A DNA stretch of 24,000 nt from Actinomycetota bacterium (GCA_035540895.1 DATLFR010000026.1:23738-47737); one strand, 5' to 3'. Positions 1 to 11,631 are shown, counted from the stretch's first letter. A program made the numbers and translations. The notes: generated by a model from the sequence alone, not told the origin.

Positions 1-1
1 G

Positions 2-220
2 GTCCACCACGGCTCGGCCGACCTCGAACCGACCTTCGTCGACGCCGTCGCGGCCGGGATCACCCTCGTCACGGTGGACCCGGACAACCGGTACGGGCAC
101 CCCCGGGAGGTCGCCCTGCGGATGTACTCTGCGCACGGCACGGTCCTTCGAACGGACACCCAGGGGACCCTCAGCGTCTGCGTGCGCCCGGGAGGGTTGG
201 AGGTGACGACCACCAGGTGA
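2..220 (+). CDS. comEC: ComEC/Rec2 competence channel protein, C-terminal fragment (5' end lies outside the window)
   Basis: The frame is open from the window edge to TGA 218-220. The translation is VHHGSADLEPTFVDAVAAGITLVTVDPDNRYGHPREVALRMYSAHGTVLRTDTQGTLSVCVRPGGLEVTTTR. It shows the C-terminal metallo-beta-lactamase-fold signature of ComEC (HHGS, N-x-YGHP, LRTD-x-G). Its stop overlaps the holA GTG (GTGA), and comEC-holA is conserved synteny. Confidence 0.8.
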   Translation, partial: VHHGSADLEPTFVDAVAAGITLVTVDPDNRYGHPREVALRMYSAHGTVLRTDTQGTLSVCVRPGGLEVTTTR

Positions 221-1206
221 TCGAGTACGTGTGGGCTCAGGACCCCTGGCTCGCCGTCCAGCACGTCGAGCGCGCCACCACCGATCCTTCCGCCGAGGTG
301 ATCCACCTCCGGGCGGAGCCGTCCGAGGTGCCCGGGCTCGTCGAGGCCATGTCCGCCCCCTCGCTCTTCGCCCCGCAGCGCGTCGTGGTGGTCCGGGACG
401 GGGAGCGGCTGAGCGCGAAGGGGGTCGCGTGGCTGGGGGAGACCCTCCGGGGGCCGAACGTGGCCGACCTGCTCGTCGTGATCGCCGTCGCCGACCGGAT
501 CCCGTCCGCCCTCACGAAGACGATGCAGGCCGTAGGGAAGGTCCACCGGCTCGAGCGTCCGAAGCGGGGCGAGCTCGTGGCGTGGGTCCAGCGGCGGTTG
601 CAGTCCGCCGGGCTCAAGCCGGCCAAGGACGTGGCTCCCACCCTGATCGAGCTGGTGGGAGGGGCCTCCCTGGGAGACCTGGCCGGCGCGATCGACCAGC
701 TCGCGCTGCGCAAGCCCGGCTCCCAGATCGCTCGCGACGACGTCCTCAAGCAGTTCGGTCGTACGGCGGAGCAGCCGGTCTGGGCGCTCTTCGACGCCCT
801 CCTGGCACACGACCGTCCCCGCTCGTTCGGCGTCCTCGAGCAGCTCCTGGATCAGGGCGAGGACGCGATGGCCATCCTGTTCGCGCTCGTCTCCCAGGTC
901 CGGTACCTGCTCAAGGCCAGGAGCGCCATCGAGCGGGGAGCGGCGGGGTCGGACTCCCAGCTGGCCTCGGCGCTCGGGGTGTCACCGGGCCGGGCCGGTG
1001 TCCTCCGCCGTCAGGCTTCGCGCGCCTCCTGGGAGTGGCTGCTGCACTGCCACTCGCTCTTCGCCCAGGCCGATGTCGACCTGAAGGGAGGGGAGACGTT
1101 CGGCCGGTACGAGGGAACGGCGCTCCCGCCGCGCATCGTCCTGGAGCGCGTCGTGGCGGCGGTGATCGAGGGAGCCGAGCGGACGCCGTCGCCCGCTCTG
1201 CGCTAG
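217..1206 (+). CDS. holA: DNA polymerase III delta subunit
   Basis: A 329-aa ORF whose GTG start overlaps the comEC stop. It has high GC3. It sits in the conserved comEC-holA-rpsT-lepA position. Its length and the N-terminal PSLF-containing region are typical of HolA. Confidence 0.8.
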   Translation: MIEYVWAQDPWLAVQHVERATTDPSAEVIHLRAEPSEVPGLVEAMSAPSLFAPQRVVVVRDGERLSAKGVAWLGETLRGPNVADLLVVIAVADRIPSALTKTMQAVGKVHRLERPKRGELVAWVQRRLQSAGLKPAKDVAPTLIELVGGASLGDLAGAIDQLALRKPGSQIARDDVLKQFGRTAEQPVWALFDALLAHDRPRSFGVLEQLLDQGEDAMAILFALVSQVRYLLKARSAIERGAAGSDSQLASALGVSPGRAGVLRRQASRASWEWLLHCHSLFAQADVDLKGGETFGRYEGTALPPRIVLERVVAAVIEGAERTPSPALR

Positions 1207-1494
1207 CTAGCCGCGGAGCCCCTCGATGAAGTCGTCGATCGGGATGGCGGAGAGGGTCTGGATCCGGACCGTGCCCCGCGCCCCGAGGTTCACCGAGAGC
1301 TTCGCCACCGTCTTGGAGTCCGGCGCCTCGATGATGGTCAGGAAGTCGAACGGGCCGAGGACCGCATACTGGGCCACCACGTGGCACCCCATCCGCTCGA
1401 CCTCCTCGTTCACCTCGCGCAGGCGGTCGGGCCGCTCCTTCAACGTCTCCAGGCCGCCGGGGTTCAGGCTGGACAGAAGGACGTAGTTCGGCAT
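1207..1494 (-). CDS. GYD-domain protein (95 aa, function unknown)
   Basis: ATG at 1494-1492 (MPNYVLLSSLNPGGLETLKERPDRLREVNEEVERMGCHVVAQYAVLGPFDFLTIIEAPD...) matches the GYD family pattern. An AAGGGAG SD (minus strand, 1508-1502) lies 7 nt upstream. The upstream part of the 225-aa track ORF is Arg/Ser/Pro-rich shadow sequence. The stop CTA 1207-1209 abuts the holA TAG. Confidence 0.8.
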   Translation of the reverse strand: MPNYVLLSSLNPGGLETLKERPDRLREVNEEVERMGCHVVAQYAVLGPFDFLTIIEAPDSKTVAKLSVNLGARGTVRIQTLSAIPIDDFIEGLRG

Positions 1495-1564
1495 CGGGTG
1501 GCTCCCTTGGCGTCGGATATCCTGCGCCGAGTCTGTCCGGATCCCCGGTCCGGCACAACCGCGG

Positions 1565-1570
1565 TACCGT
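1565..1570 (+). promoter_or_regulatory. Candidate -10 hexamer TACCGT placed for a leaderless kinase mRNA
   Basis: A TAnnnT hexamer lies exactly 6 nt upstream of GTG 1577. There is no purine-rich SD in 1560-1576. It sits in the 82-nt divergent GYD/kinase intergenic region. Confidence 0.35.
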
Positions 1571-1576
1571 ACTGCC

Positions 1577-2697
1577 GTGCAACTCGTCACCCCGCGCGAG
1601 CGCGACCTGATCGCGCAGGCCGCCCCCGTGCTGCTCCCCCGCATGGACGCGCTGGCGGGGGAGTGGCGGGCGACGGTCGGGACGGGGTTCCCGGCCGATC
1701 TGGGAGACATCCTCCGCTCGGCCCTGACCGACGGCCTGGACGCCGGGCTCGACGGGCTGCGCGGAGCAGCCGCCGATCTGATCGCCCGCCGGGTCGGCCT
1801 CGAGGACGTGGTGGGTGCCGTCCTCACCCTCGAAGAGGGCGTGAACCGCTGCCTCGCCCGGCACGCGATCGAGGAGGTCTTCACGACCTCGGCGGCCTTC
1901 GCCCGCTTCCTCCACGAGCTGGTCCTGCTCGTGGCCGAGGGCTACTCGTCGGCCTACCGACGTGCGCTCGACGACGAGCGACGCGGCGCGGCCGAGGCCG
2001 ACCGCCTCAAGACGGAGCTGATCTCGATGATCAGCCACGACCTCAAGACCCCGCTCACCACGATCGAGGCGTGCGCCGAGTCGATGCTGAAGGCCGACGA
2101 CCTCCCCCCCGACCAGTCGAAGCGGTTCCTCGAGATGATCCTGCGCAACGCCGAACGCCTAACGAGGCTCATCACACGGATCGTCGACGTCTCGCGGATC
2201 GAGGCCCGGGCGGTAGAGCTCGTCCTCGTCCCGCTCGACCTGGTCCGGCTCGTCTCCCGGATCGCCGATTCCATCCTTCCGTCGGCCTCGCTACGCCTGG
2301 ACCTGCCGGAGGACCTCCCCCTGGTCCTGGCCGACCGGGACGCCATGGAGCGCGTGGTGGTGAACCTGATCGACAACGCGGTCCGGTTCTCGCCGCCCGG
2401 GGAGCCCGTCGTCGTTCACGCGCACGCGGACGCGACCCACGTCGAGCTGCGGATAGTCGACCTCGGCCCGGGGATACCTCCGGACCGCCGGGCCGGCCTC
2501 TTCTCGAAGTTCTTCCAGGTCGACCCCTCGGACAGCGCCCGGCGCTCCGGATCGGGCCTGGGCCTCGCCATCGTCCGTGGCCTGGCCGAGGCGATGGGAG
2601 GCGACGCCGGCTACGTGCCGAACAAGCCGTCGGGGTCGATCTTCTGGGTGCGCATCCCGGCCGTCCGCCGGACGGCTCCCGCCCGAGGGGGGGTCGC

Positions 2698-2701
<4 letters not shown>
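1577..2701 (+). CDS. Cytoplasmic sensor histidine kinase (HisKA + HATPase_c) with an uncharacterised all-helical N-terminal domain
   Basis: H-box ELISMISHDLKTPLTTI (His154), N-box VVVNLIDNAVRFSP, G1 DLGPGIP, F-box FSKFFQVD and G2 GSGLGLAIVRGLAEAMGG. No hydrophobic TM segments are present. Confidence 0.9.
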
Positions 2702-3083
<382 letters not shown>

Positions 3084-3087
<4 letters not shown>

Positions 3088-3338
3088 CTCGACGCCTTCT
3101 GGAGCGCCTTGGCGAGGCGGGACTTCTTGCGAGCGGCCTTGTTCGGGTGGATGACACCCTTCCCCGCCGCCTTGTCCAGCTCGCGCTGCATGAGCTTCAG
3201 CTGCTCGACTCCCTCGTCACCGGTCGTCGAGCGCGTGCGCTTCTCGAGAGTCTTCAGCGCGGAGCGGACCGACTTGTTACGCTGCCGGCGCCGCTCGGTC
3301 TGGCGCTGGCGCTTGAGGACCGTCCTGGACCTGGGCAT
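3084..3338 (-). CDS. rpsT: 30S ribosomal protein S20
   Basis: An 84-aa basic protein, [30 protein letters not shown]...[24 protein letters not shown] lies upstream on the minus strand. It is in the conserved position next to lepA. Its stop CTA 3084-3086 overlaps the regulator stop TAG 3085-3087. Confidence 0.95.
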
Positions 3339-3403
3339 CTGAGTACCTCGCTGATGTTTCCGGGATGTGGCTCTCGCGTGCGCACGAGCGCGGCAAGTCT
3401 ACC

Positions 3404-5217
<1,814 letters not shown>

Positions 5218-5221
<4 letters not shown>

Positions 5222-6405
5222 GCACGCTCGCGGCTCCCGCGCTCCCGCGGCCGCGCGAGGTGCTCGGCGAGTTCGGGATCTACGTCCACGTCCCTTTCTG
5301 CTCCCACCGGTGCGGCTACTGCGACTTCAATGCCTATGCCGGCCTGGACGAGGCGATCCCCTCATACATGGAGGCGCTCGCGCTCGACGCCCGGACGGCC
5401 GCGTCGTCTCCCGTGCCGATCGACGAGCGCCCGGTGGTGACCAGCATCTTCGTGGGAGGCGGCACCCCCTCGCTGGTCCCCGCCGCGTCGCTGGCCGCGG
5501 TCCTCCACGCTATCCGCGAGACCTGGCCGGTGGCGCCGGATTGCGAGATCACCTGCGAGGCGAACCCCGAGAGCGCGACCCCCGAGCTGCTGCGCGCGTG
5601 GCGGGAGGCCGGAGTGAACAGGGTGAGCTTCGGGGTCCAGTCGCTGGACGACCGGCTCCTGGGCGCGCTCGGCCGCGTCCACGACGCCGCGACCGCCGTC
5701 AGCGCGTTGCTGAGTGCGATGGAAGTCTTCGACCGCGTATCGGCCGACCTCATCCTCGGCATCCCCGGAGAGGACGACGAGACGTGGGAGGCGGGGGTCC
5801 GGGCGCTGGTCGGTCTCGGGCTGCGCCACCTGTCCTGCTACGGGCTCACGTACGAGGAGGGGACCCCGCTCCACTCCTGGAAGCGGCTGGGGAAGGTGGT
5901 GCCCGTACCCGATGACGACGTCGCCCGCCGCTGGGAGACCGCCGACGAGGTACTCAGCCGGGCCGGGTTGGGTCGTTACGAGATCTCGAACTGGGCGGTC
6001 CCCGGGGAGCACAGCCGGCACAACGACCTCTACTGGAGGTGCGGGGAGTACCTGGGCATCGGCGCCGGCGCCCACAGCCACCTGGACGGGGTCCGATCTT
6101 GGACGGTGAAGGGTCCGGACCGCTACGCCCGCGGCGTCCGGGAGGGGACGTCCGTAGCGGGATCCGAGACGATCGACGCCGCGGGACGCGCCACCGAGGT
6201 CATGTTCTGCGGCCTGCGCCGGAGCGACGGCGTCTCGGCGGACGCGTTCAGGTCGCTGACGGGGGTCGACCTCGAGGCCAGCTTCCGGCCCGAACTCGAC
6301 CGGTGCGCAGCGGCGGGGCTGCTCGAGTGGGACGGGAGCCGCGCTCGACTCACGCGCCGGGGCACCCTCCTCGCGAACGAGGTGCTCACCGCGTTCCTGG
6401 GGTGA
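5218..6405 (+). CDS. hemW: Radical SAM heme chaperone HemW (HemN-like)
   Basis: GTG 5218 overlaps the lepA stop (GTGA). It has the radical-SAM motif [14 protein letters not shown] and sits in the conserved lepA-hemW-hrcA order. Confidence 0.88.
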
Positions 6406-6432
6406 TTGGCACTCTGCGTGCTAGAGTGCCAA
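6406..6432. promoter_or_regulatory. CIRCE operator (HrcA binding site), TTGGCACTC-N9-GAGTGCCAA
   Basis: A perfect 9-N9-9 inverted repeat. It differs from the consensus TTAGCACTC-N9-GAGTGCTAA only by a symmetric A-to-G / T-to-C change in each arm. It lies directly upstream of hrcA. Confidence 0.9.
6422..6427 (+). promoter_or_regulatory. Candidate -10 hexamer TAGAGT embedded in CIRCE
   Basis: A TAnnnT hexamer spans the CIRCE spacer and right arm, 7 nt upstream of ATG 6435. There is no SD between CIRCE and the start. Confidence 0.4.
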
Positions 6433-6434
6433 CC

Positions 6435-7454
6435 ATGGAGCACGGCCCCCAGGACAGGCCCCTCGACGAGCGCAAGGAGCGCATCCTGCGCCAGATCGTC
6501 GAGTCGTACGTCGCCGACGGGGAGCCCGTCGGCTCGAAGGCGATCGCCGACTCCCGCGACCTCGGGGTCAGCTCGGCCACGGTCCGCAACGAGATGGGGA
6601 TCCTCGAGCGCGAGGGCTACATATCGCAGCCCCACACGTCCGCCGGCCGGGTCCCGACCGACAAGGGGTACCGGTACTACGTGGACGCGCTGGCTCCCCA
6701 CGCCGGGACCGACCCGGACCGGCGGCGCGAGATCGAGGGCCTGCTGGGCGGCGCCCTGTCCGCGCTCGATGAGCTCCTCATGAAGGCGTCGCAGCTGCTC
6801 TCCGACATGACGAACTACACGTCTCTCGCGTCCATGCCTCCGGTGGAGGAGGCCCGCCTGCGCCATGTCCAGCTCGTCCCGCTGGGCGGCGCCCGGGTCT
6901 TCTGCATCTTCGTGGGAGAGGCCGGGTGGCACGCCGAGAGGCTCCTGGAGCTGGCGACCGAGCCGTCGGAAGACGTGCTGCGCCGGTCGGGCGAGGCCGT
7001 CACGCGGACGGCCAGCGGCCACGCGCCTCTCGAGGCGGCTTCGCTGCTCGAGGCGATCTCGGGTGACGAGGAGATCGTCACGGTGGCCCGCGCGGTCGCG
7101 GTGGCGCTCCGCTCCATAGCCGCCTCGTCCGGGCGGGTCATCACCGGCGGGGCCTCCCGTCTCGTTATCTGGGAACCGGCTCCCGTCGCCCAGCGGGTCC
7201 TCGAGATGCTCGAGGAGGGGGAGCCGCTGCTCCCCGACCCGGCTCCCGAGGGCGTCGCCGTGCGGATCGGACGGGAGCTCGCGCTCGAGGACTACCACGA
7301 CCTCAGCCTGATCGCGGCCGGGTACAGGTTCGGCCGCCAGGCGGGCGCGCTGGGTGTGCTGGGGCCGACCCGCATGCCGTACCCCTCGGTGATATCCGCG
7401 GTGGCAGACGTGGCGCAGTCGCTGTCGCAGGCCCTGCGCCGCCTCGAGGACTAG
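6435..7454 (+). CDS. hrcA: Heat-inducible transcription repressor HrcA
   Basis: [39 protein letters not shown]...[39 protein letters not shown] is the canonical HrcA winged-helix N-terminus. It is preceded by CIRCE and followed by dnaJ. Confidence 0.93.
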   Translation: MEHGPQDRPLDERKERILRQIVESYVADGEPVGSKAIADSRDLGVSSATVRNEMGILEREGYISQPHTSAGRVPTDKGYRYYVDALAPHAGTDPDRRREIEGLLGGALSALDELLMKASQLLSDMTNYTSLASMPPVEEARLRHVQLVPLGGARVFCIFVGEAGWHAERLLELATEPSEDVLRRSGEAVTRTASGHAPLEAASLLEAISGDEEIVTVARAVAVALRSIAASSGRVITGGASRLVIWEPAPVAQRVLEMLEEGEPLLPDPAPEGVAVRIGRELALEDYHDLSLIAAGYRFGRQAGALGVLGPTRMPYPSVISAVADVAQSLSQALRRLED

Positions 7455-7458
7455 CCTG

Positions 7459-8556
7459 ATGCCGATGGCGACCGACTTCTACGAGGTGCTGGGTGTCGCG
7501 CCGGACGCCGGCGAGGACGAGATCAAGCGGGCCTTCCGGTCGCTCGCGCGCCGCTACCACCCGGACGCGAACGGCGGGGATCCGGAGGCCGCCGAGCGCT
7601 ACAAGCAGATCTCGGAGGCGTACTCGATCCTGTCCGACCCCCGCAAGCGACGCGAGTACGACGCGCAGCGCATGGGGGCCGGCATGTTCGGAACCACGAT
7701 CGAGGATCTCTTCGACAGCTTCTTCGGGGGAGCCGGGGTCGGCCGGCGCGCGGGCCCTCAGTCGCGCGTCCAGGCCGGGGAGACGATCGGGATCACCCTC
7801 GAGATCGACTTCGCGGACGCCGTCTTCGGCGTGGAGAGGACCCTCACCCTGCGCCGGCACGAACCCTGCGAGCGGTGCTCGAACAGCGGGTGCGAACCCG
7901 GCACGCAGCCGGACCTCTGCCAGGCGTGCAACGGCACCGGACAGCTCCAGCAGGTCCGACAGTCGCTGCTCGGACAGATGGTCACCGCCTACCCGTGCGC
8001 CGCCTGCGGACAGACCGGCTGGACGATCCCGGACCCGTGCCGGGACTGCCGCGGAGCCGGACGCGTCCCGCGGGAGGTGGACGTCCCGCTGCGGATCCCG
8101 GCGGGGCTCGAGACGAACGACCAGCTGAGGGTGCGAGGCGAGGGACACTCCGGGTTCGCGGGCGGTCCTCGAGGCGACCTGATCGCGCGGGTGGCGGTCC
8201 GTCCCGACGAGCGGTTCGAGCGGTCCGGAGACGACATCGTGACGTGGGTCGAGGTGCCAATGACCACCGCGGCGCTCGGCGGGTCCGTACGGTTCGAGTC
8301 GTTGGACGGTCCGGAGGAGGTGGAGATCCCGAAGGGCACCCAGTCCGGCACCACCTTCCGCGTCCGCGGACGGGGGATGCCCCGGGGGCGGGGCCGCGGC
8401 GACCTGCTCGTGCGCGCGCACGTCGCGACCCCGACCGACCTGACCGGCGAGCAGGCCCGGCTGCTGGAGCAGCTGGCCGAGCTGAGAGGCGAGGCGGGAC
8501 ACGCTCCGAAGGGGATCCTGGCCTCCCTGCGCCGCGCCCTCGGCATGGAGGAATGA
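7459..8556 (+). CDS. dnaJ: Molecular chaperone DnaJ (the hrcA-linked copy, as for actinobacterial DnaJ2)
   Basis: J-domain DFYEVLGV...YHPDAN. Four Cys clusters are present: [24 protein letters not shown] and CRDCRGAG. The G/F region is short. An alternative start is ATG 7465. Confidence 0.93.
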   Translation: MPMATDFYEVLGVAPDAGEDEIKRAFRSLARRYHPDANGGDPEAAERYKQISEAYSILSDPRKRREYDAQRMGAGMFGTTIEDLFDSFFGGAGVGRRAGPQSRVQAGETIGITLEIDFADAVFGVERTLTLRRHEPCERCSNSGCEPGTQPDLCQACNGTGQLQQVRQSLLGQMVTAYPCAACGQTGWTIPDPCRDCRGAGRVPREVDVPLRIPAGLETNDQLRVRGEGHSGFAGGPRGDLIARVAVRPDERFERSGDDIVTWVEVPMTTAALGGSVRFESLDGPEEVEIPKGTQSGTTFRVRGRGMPRGRGRGDLLVRAHVATPTDLTGEQARLLEQLAELRGEAGHAPKGILASLRRALGMEE

Positions 8557-9287
8557 CCGCCGGGCGGCATCACTTCTTCACGCAGCCGGACCTGATCGGC
8601 GAGCAGAGCCTCGTGCTGCGGGGTCCGGACGCGCACCACGCGAAGGTGCTGCGGCTGGGGGTCGGGGAGACCATCTCGGTGGCGGATGGCACCGGCCGCG
8701 TCGTCGACGCTGTCGTGACGCGCGCCGGGTCCGACGAGGTGGAGGCGCGGGTGGTGCTCGTCCACGAGCTGCGTCCCCACCGGCCCGTCCTGGTCCTGTG
8801 GCAGGCCCTCGTGAAGAGGGAGTCCATGGACGAGGTCGTCCAGAAGGCCGTCGAGGTAGGGGCGCGCCGGGTCGTGCCGTTCGCGGCCGAGCGCAGCATC
8901 GTCCGCTGGGACGCGGAGAAGCGGGAACGACTCCGGGACCGATGGGAGCAGGTCGCGCTCGCCGCCGCGAAGCAGTCGCGCTCCCCGTGGCTGACCGTGG
9001 TGGACCCGGTGGAGGACGGATTGTCCGCCGTCGAGGACGACGCCGGGCCCATCCTCGTCCTGCACGAGAGGGCCGAGACCCATTTCCGGGACGCGCTCCC
9101 GGCCGCTCTCCCTCACACGGTCACGATCGTGATCGGGCCGGAGGGAGGCCTGACCGACGACGAGGTGGATGCGGTCACCGGACGTGGCGGGACGGCGGTG
9201 ACGCTGGGGGACCGGATACTGCGCACCGAGACCGCCGGGGCGATCGGGCTCGCGCTCGCCTCCTATGCGTACGGCGTCATGGGGTGA
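8553..9287 (+). CDS. rsmE: 16S rRNA (uracil1498-N3)-methyltransferase RsmE
   Basis: ATG 8553 overlaps the dnaJ stop (ATGA). MTAGRHHFF..., [14 protein letters not shown] and [12 protein letters not shown] are typical of RsmE. It sits in the conserved position after dnaJ. Confidence 0.88.
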   Translation: MTAGRHHFFTQPDLIGEQSLVLRGPDAHHAKVLRLGVGETISVADGTGRVVDAVVTRAGSDEVEARVVLVHELRPHRPVLVLWQALVKRESMDEVVQKAVEVGARRVVPFAAERSIVRWDAEKRERLRDRWEQVALAAAKQSRSPWLTVVDPVEDGLSAVEDDAGPILVLHERAETHFRDALPAALPHTVTIVIGPEGGLTDDEVDAVTGRGGTAVTLGDRILRTETAGAIGLALASYAYGVMG

Positions 9288-9291
9288 CACG

Positions 9292-9774
9292 ATGGAGCGC
9301 GTGTCCGAGAACGGGTTCAACGAGCGGCTGGGCGACCACCTTCGCCGGCTGCGCAGACAGAAGGGGTTGTCCCTGCTCGACGTGGAGGCCGCGTCGGCGA
9401 AGGAGTTCAAGTCGTCGGTGCTGGGAGCCTACGAGCGGGGCGAGCGAGCCATCTCGGCGGCCAGGCTGGCCAGGCTCGCCGAGCTGTACCGGCTCCCGCT
9501 GAAGGCGATGATCCCTTCGGACGGGGGCCCGGCTCCCGCCGCGGCGACCTCGGGCATCGCGCTCGACCCCGGACGGCTCGACGCGTCGGACGTCCCGGAG
9601 GCACGCGCGGTCGCCAGGTACGTGCGGCAGGTGCAGGCCATGCGACAGGAGTGGACCCAGGGACCGGTGATCGCGCTGCGGGCGACGGACGTCCGCGCCC
9701 TGGCCGCCGCGCTGGACCGCACCCCGGAGGAACTGGTGAGACGTCTGGACGAGCTGGGGGTGAGGGTCGGATGA
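9292..9774 (+). CDS. BldD-like transcriptional regulator (Xre-type HTH N-domain plus BldD-type C-domain)
   Basis: The N-domain LGDHLRRLRRQKGLSLLDVEAASAKEFKSSVLGAYERGERAISAARLARLAELYRLP closely parallels Streptomyces BldD (recalled as LGAKLRAIRTQQGLSLHGVEEKSQGRWKAVVVGSYERGDRAVTVQRLAELADFYGVP). The C-domain aligns with the BldD CTD, including R-x-[DE]...R-x-x-D. The assignment rests on recalled sequence, not on a search. Confidence 0.7.
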   Translation: MERVSENGFNERLGDHLRRLRRQKGLSLLDVEAASAKEFKSSVLGAYERGERAISAARLARLAELYRLPLKAMIPSDGGPAPAAATSGIALDPGRLDASDVPEARAVARYVRQVQAMRQEWTQGPVIALRATDVRALAAALDRTPEELVRRLDELGVRVG

Positions 9775-10115
9775 GCGACTGCCTGTTCTGCCGGATCGTG
9801 GCGGGGGAGATACCCGCAGACGTGGTGTGGGAGTCGGAGCACGCGCTGGCCTTCCGAGACATCAACCCGCAGGCGCCGACGCACGTGCAGGTCATCCCGC
9901 GCAAGCACGTGCCGCGCATCGCCGACTTCGACGCGCAGGCCGACCGGGAGTGGCTGTCCGACCTGTTCGAGGGAGCCACCCAGGTCGCCCGCCAGGAGGG
10001 GCTCGGGGAGGGGTTCCGCCTCGTGATCAACAACGGGGCGATGGCCGGGCAGAGCGTCATGCACGTCCACCTGCACGTGCTGGGCGGCCGCCCGCTGGGG
10101 TGGCCCCCGGGTTAG
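9771..10115 (+). CDS. HIT-family nucleotide hydrolase/transferase (HinT-like)
   Basis: ATG 9771 overlaps the upstream stop (ATGA). MSDCLFCRIVAGEIPADVVWE... plus the histidine triad HVHLHVLGG. Confidence 0.92.
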   Translation: MSDCLFCRIVAGEIPADVVWESEHALAFRDINPQAPTHVQVIPRKHVPRIADFDAQADREWLSDLFEGATQVARQEGLGEGFRLVINNGAMAGQSVMHVHLHVLGGRPLGWPPG

Positions 10116-10133
10116 GTCGTCCGTTCCCGTCGG

Positions 10134-10139
10134 TATGAT
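10134..10139 (+). promoter_or_regulatory. Candidate -10 hexamer TATGAT upstream of phoH
   Basis: This is the best TATAAT-like hexamer in the window. It lies in the 48-nt HIT-phoH gap, and TTAGGT (10112-10117) sits 16 nt upstream as a weak -35. The predicted transcript would begin at about the AAGGAG SD (10146-10151). Confidence 0.3.
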
Positions 10140-10163
10140 GCGCCCAAGGAGAACGCCAACCAG

Positions 10164-11138
10164 GTGTCGAGCCAACTGAAGATCCTCGTCCCCGAGACGA
10201 CCCACGTCGTCGAGCTGGTGGGGGAGCGCGACGAGCACCTCAAGCTGATCGAGGACGCGTTCGCCTCCGACATCCTCGTCCGCGGCAACGAGATCACCGT
10301 CACCGGGGACGACGAAGAGGCGCAGAAGGTCGTCTCGGTCTTCCAGGAGCTCATCACGCTCCTGGGCAAGGGGACCGTCCTCACCGCCGACTCGGTGGGC
10401 CGGGCGGTGGCCATGGTCAAGTCCGACAGCGACCAGAAGCCGTCGGACGTGCTCGGGGAGACCCTCCTCGTCACCCGCGGGCGGGCCATCCGGCCCAAGA
10501 CCGCCGGCCAGAAGCGCTACCTCGACGCGATCCGCGACAACACGGTCGTCTTCGGGGTCGGTCCGGCCGGGACCGGGAAGACCTACCTGGCCGTCGCGGC
10601 CGCCGTCCGGGCGCTGCGCGACAAGGAGGTCACCCGCATCATCCTGACCCGTCCCGCCGTCGAGGCCGGGGAGCGGCTCGGGTTCCTGCCCGGCGACATC
10701 GCGCAGAAGGTCGACCCTTACCTCAAGCCCCTGTACGACGCGCTGTTCGAGATGCTCGAGGCCGAGCACTTCGCGCGGCTGATGGAGCGGGGGACGATCG
10801 AGGTGGCGCCGCTGGCCTTCATGCGAGGCCGGACCCTCAACTCCTCGTTCATCATCATGGACGAGGCCCAGAACACCACCCCCGAGCAGATGAAGATGCT
10901 GCTCACCCGCATCGGGCTCCAGTCCAAGGCCGTCGTCACCGGCGACATCACGCAGATCGACCTCCCGGAGGGACAGACCAGCGGCCTGGTCGTCGTCGAG
11001 AAGATCCTCTCGGGGATAAAGGGGGTCGAGTTCGTGCACCTCGACGCCTTCGACGTCGTGCGGCACCGCATCGTCCAGCAGATCGTCGAGGCGTACGGTC
11101 GCTACGACGAGTCGAAGAGGAACGCCTCCAACAGATGA
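10164..11138 (+). CDS. phoH: PhoH-like ATPase
   Basis: GTG start with an AAGGAG SD at 10146-10151. Walker A GPAGTGKTYLAV, Walker B FIIMDEAQN and TGDITQIDLP are present. Confidence 0.93.
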   Translation: MSSQLKILVPETTHVVELVGERDEHLKLIEDAFASDILVRGNEITVTGDDEEAQKVVSVFQELITLLGKGTVLTADSVGRAVAMVKSDSDQKPSDVLGETLLVTRGRAIRPKTAGQKRYLDAIRDNTVVFGVGPAGTGKTYLAVAAAVRALRDKEVTRIILTRPAVEAGERLGFLPGDIAQKVDPYLKPLYDALFEMLEAEHFARLMERGTIEVAPLAFMRGRTLNSSFIIMDEAQNTTPEQMKMLLTRIGLQSKAVVTGDITQIDLPEGQTSGLVVVEKILSGIKGVEFVHLDAFDVVRHRIVQQIVEAYGRYDESKRNASNR

Positions 11139-11175
11139 GCGACGACCCGGCCGATCGAGACGTCGAGCGGACGCG

Positions 11176-11631
11176 ATGACGGACATCGACGTCTTCGTCG
11201 CCAACGAGCAGGACGACGTCGCGTGCGACGAGCAGCGTCTCATCGCCCTGGCCCGGATCGCGGCGGCCGAGGAGGGCGTCGACCCGCGGGCGGAGCTGTC
11301 CATCCTCCTCGTGGACCGCACGGCGATGGCCAGCCTGAAGGAGAAGTACCTGGGGGAGCCCGGTCCCACCGATGTCCTGGCCTTCGCGATGGACGAGCAG
11401 CCGAACGACGAGGAGCCGTTCATGGTCGGGGACATCGTGGTCTGCCCCGACGTCGCCCGCGAGCAGGCCGAGAAGGCGGGCACCCCCTTGCGCGACGAGA
11501 TCGACCTCCTGGTCGTGCACGGCTTCCTGCACCTGCTCGGCTACGACCACGTGAAGCCTCAGCAGGCCCGGTCCATGAAGCATCGCGAGCGACGGATCCT
11601 GCAGGAGTTCAGGAGGCTCAGGCCGGGATGA
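11176..11631 (+). CDS. ybeY: rRNA maturation endoribonuclease YbeY
   Basis: Zinc motif HGFLHLLGYDH, a length of 151 aa, and the conserved phoH-ybeY order. Confidence 0.93.
   Translation: MTDIDVFVANEQDDVACDEQRLIALARIAAAEEGVDPRAELSILLVDRTAMASLKEKYLGEPGPTDVLAFAMDEQPNDEEPFMVGDIVVCPDVAREQAEKAGTPLRDEIDLLVVHGFLHLLGYDHVKPQQARSMKHRERRILQEFRRLRPG

Noticed and set aside
231-1229. Alternative-frame plus-strand ORFs: 231-1229, the 5' parts of 1381-3087, 4441-6405, 6039-7454, 7875-9287 and 15570-17099, and also 2577-3419 and 20974-21888.
   Set aside because: They overlap confidently identified genes in another frame and translate to Arg/Gly/Pro-rich nonsense. Only their in-frame 3' portions correspond to real genes (REC regulator, hemW, hrcA, rsmE, glyQ).
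1515-1544. The GGATATCC (1515-1522) and GGATCC (1539-1544) palindromes in the GYD/kinase divergent region, considered as operators.
   Set aside because: They are only 6-8 bp long and are not repeated as a longer dyad. I cannot separate them from chance without comparative data, so I mention them only as context.
3365-3403. The ATG 3365 start for lepA, which adds [13 protein letters not shown].
   Set aside because: The extension has no counterpart in LepA N-termini and lies only 27 nt from the divergent rpsT start, which leaves no promoter space. ATG 3404 or 3416 is more plausible, but this is not proven.
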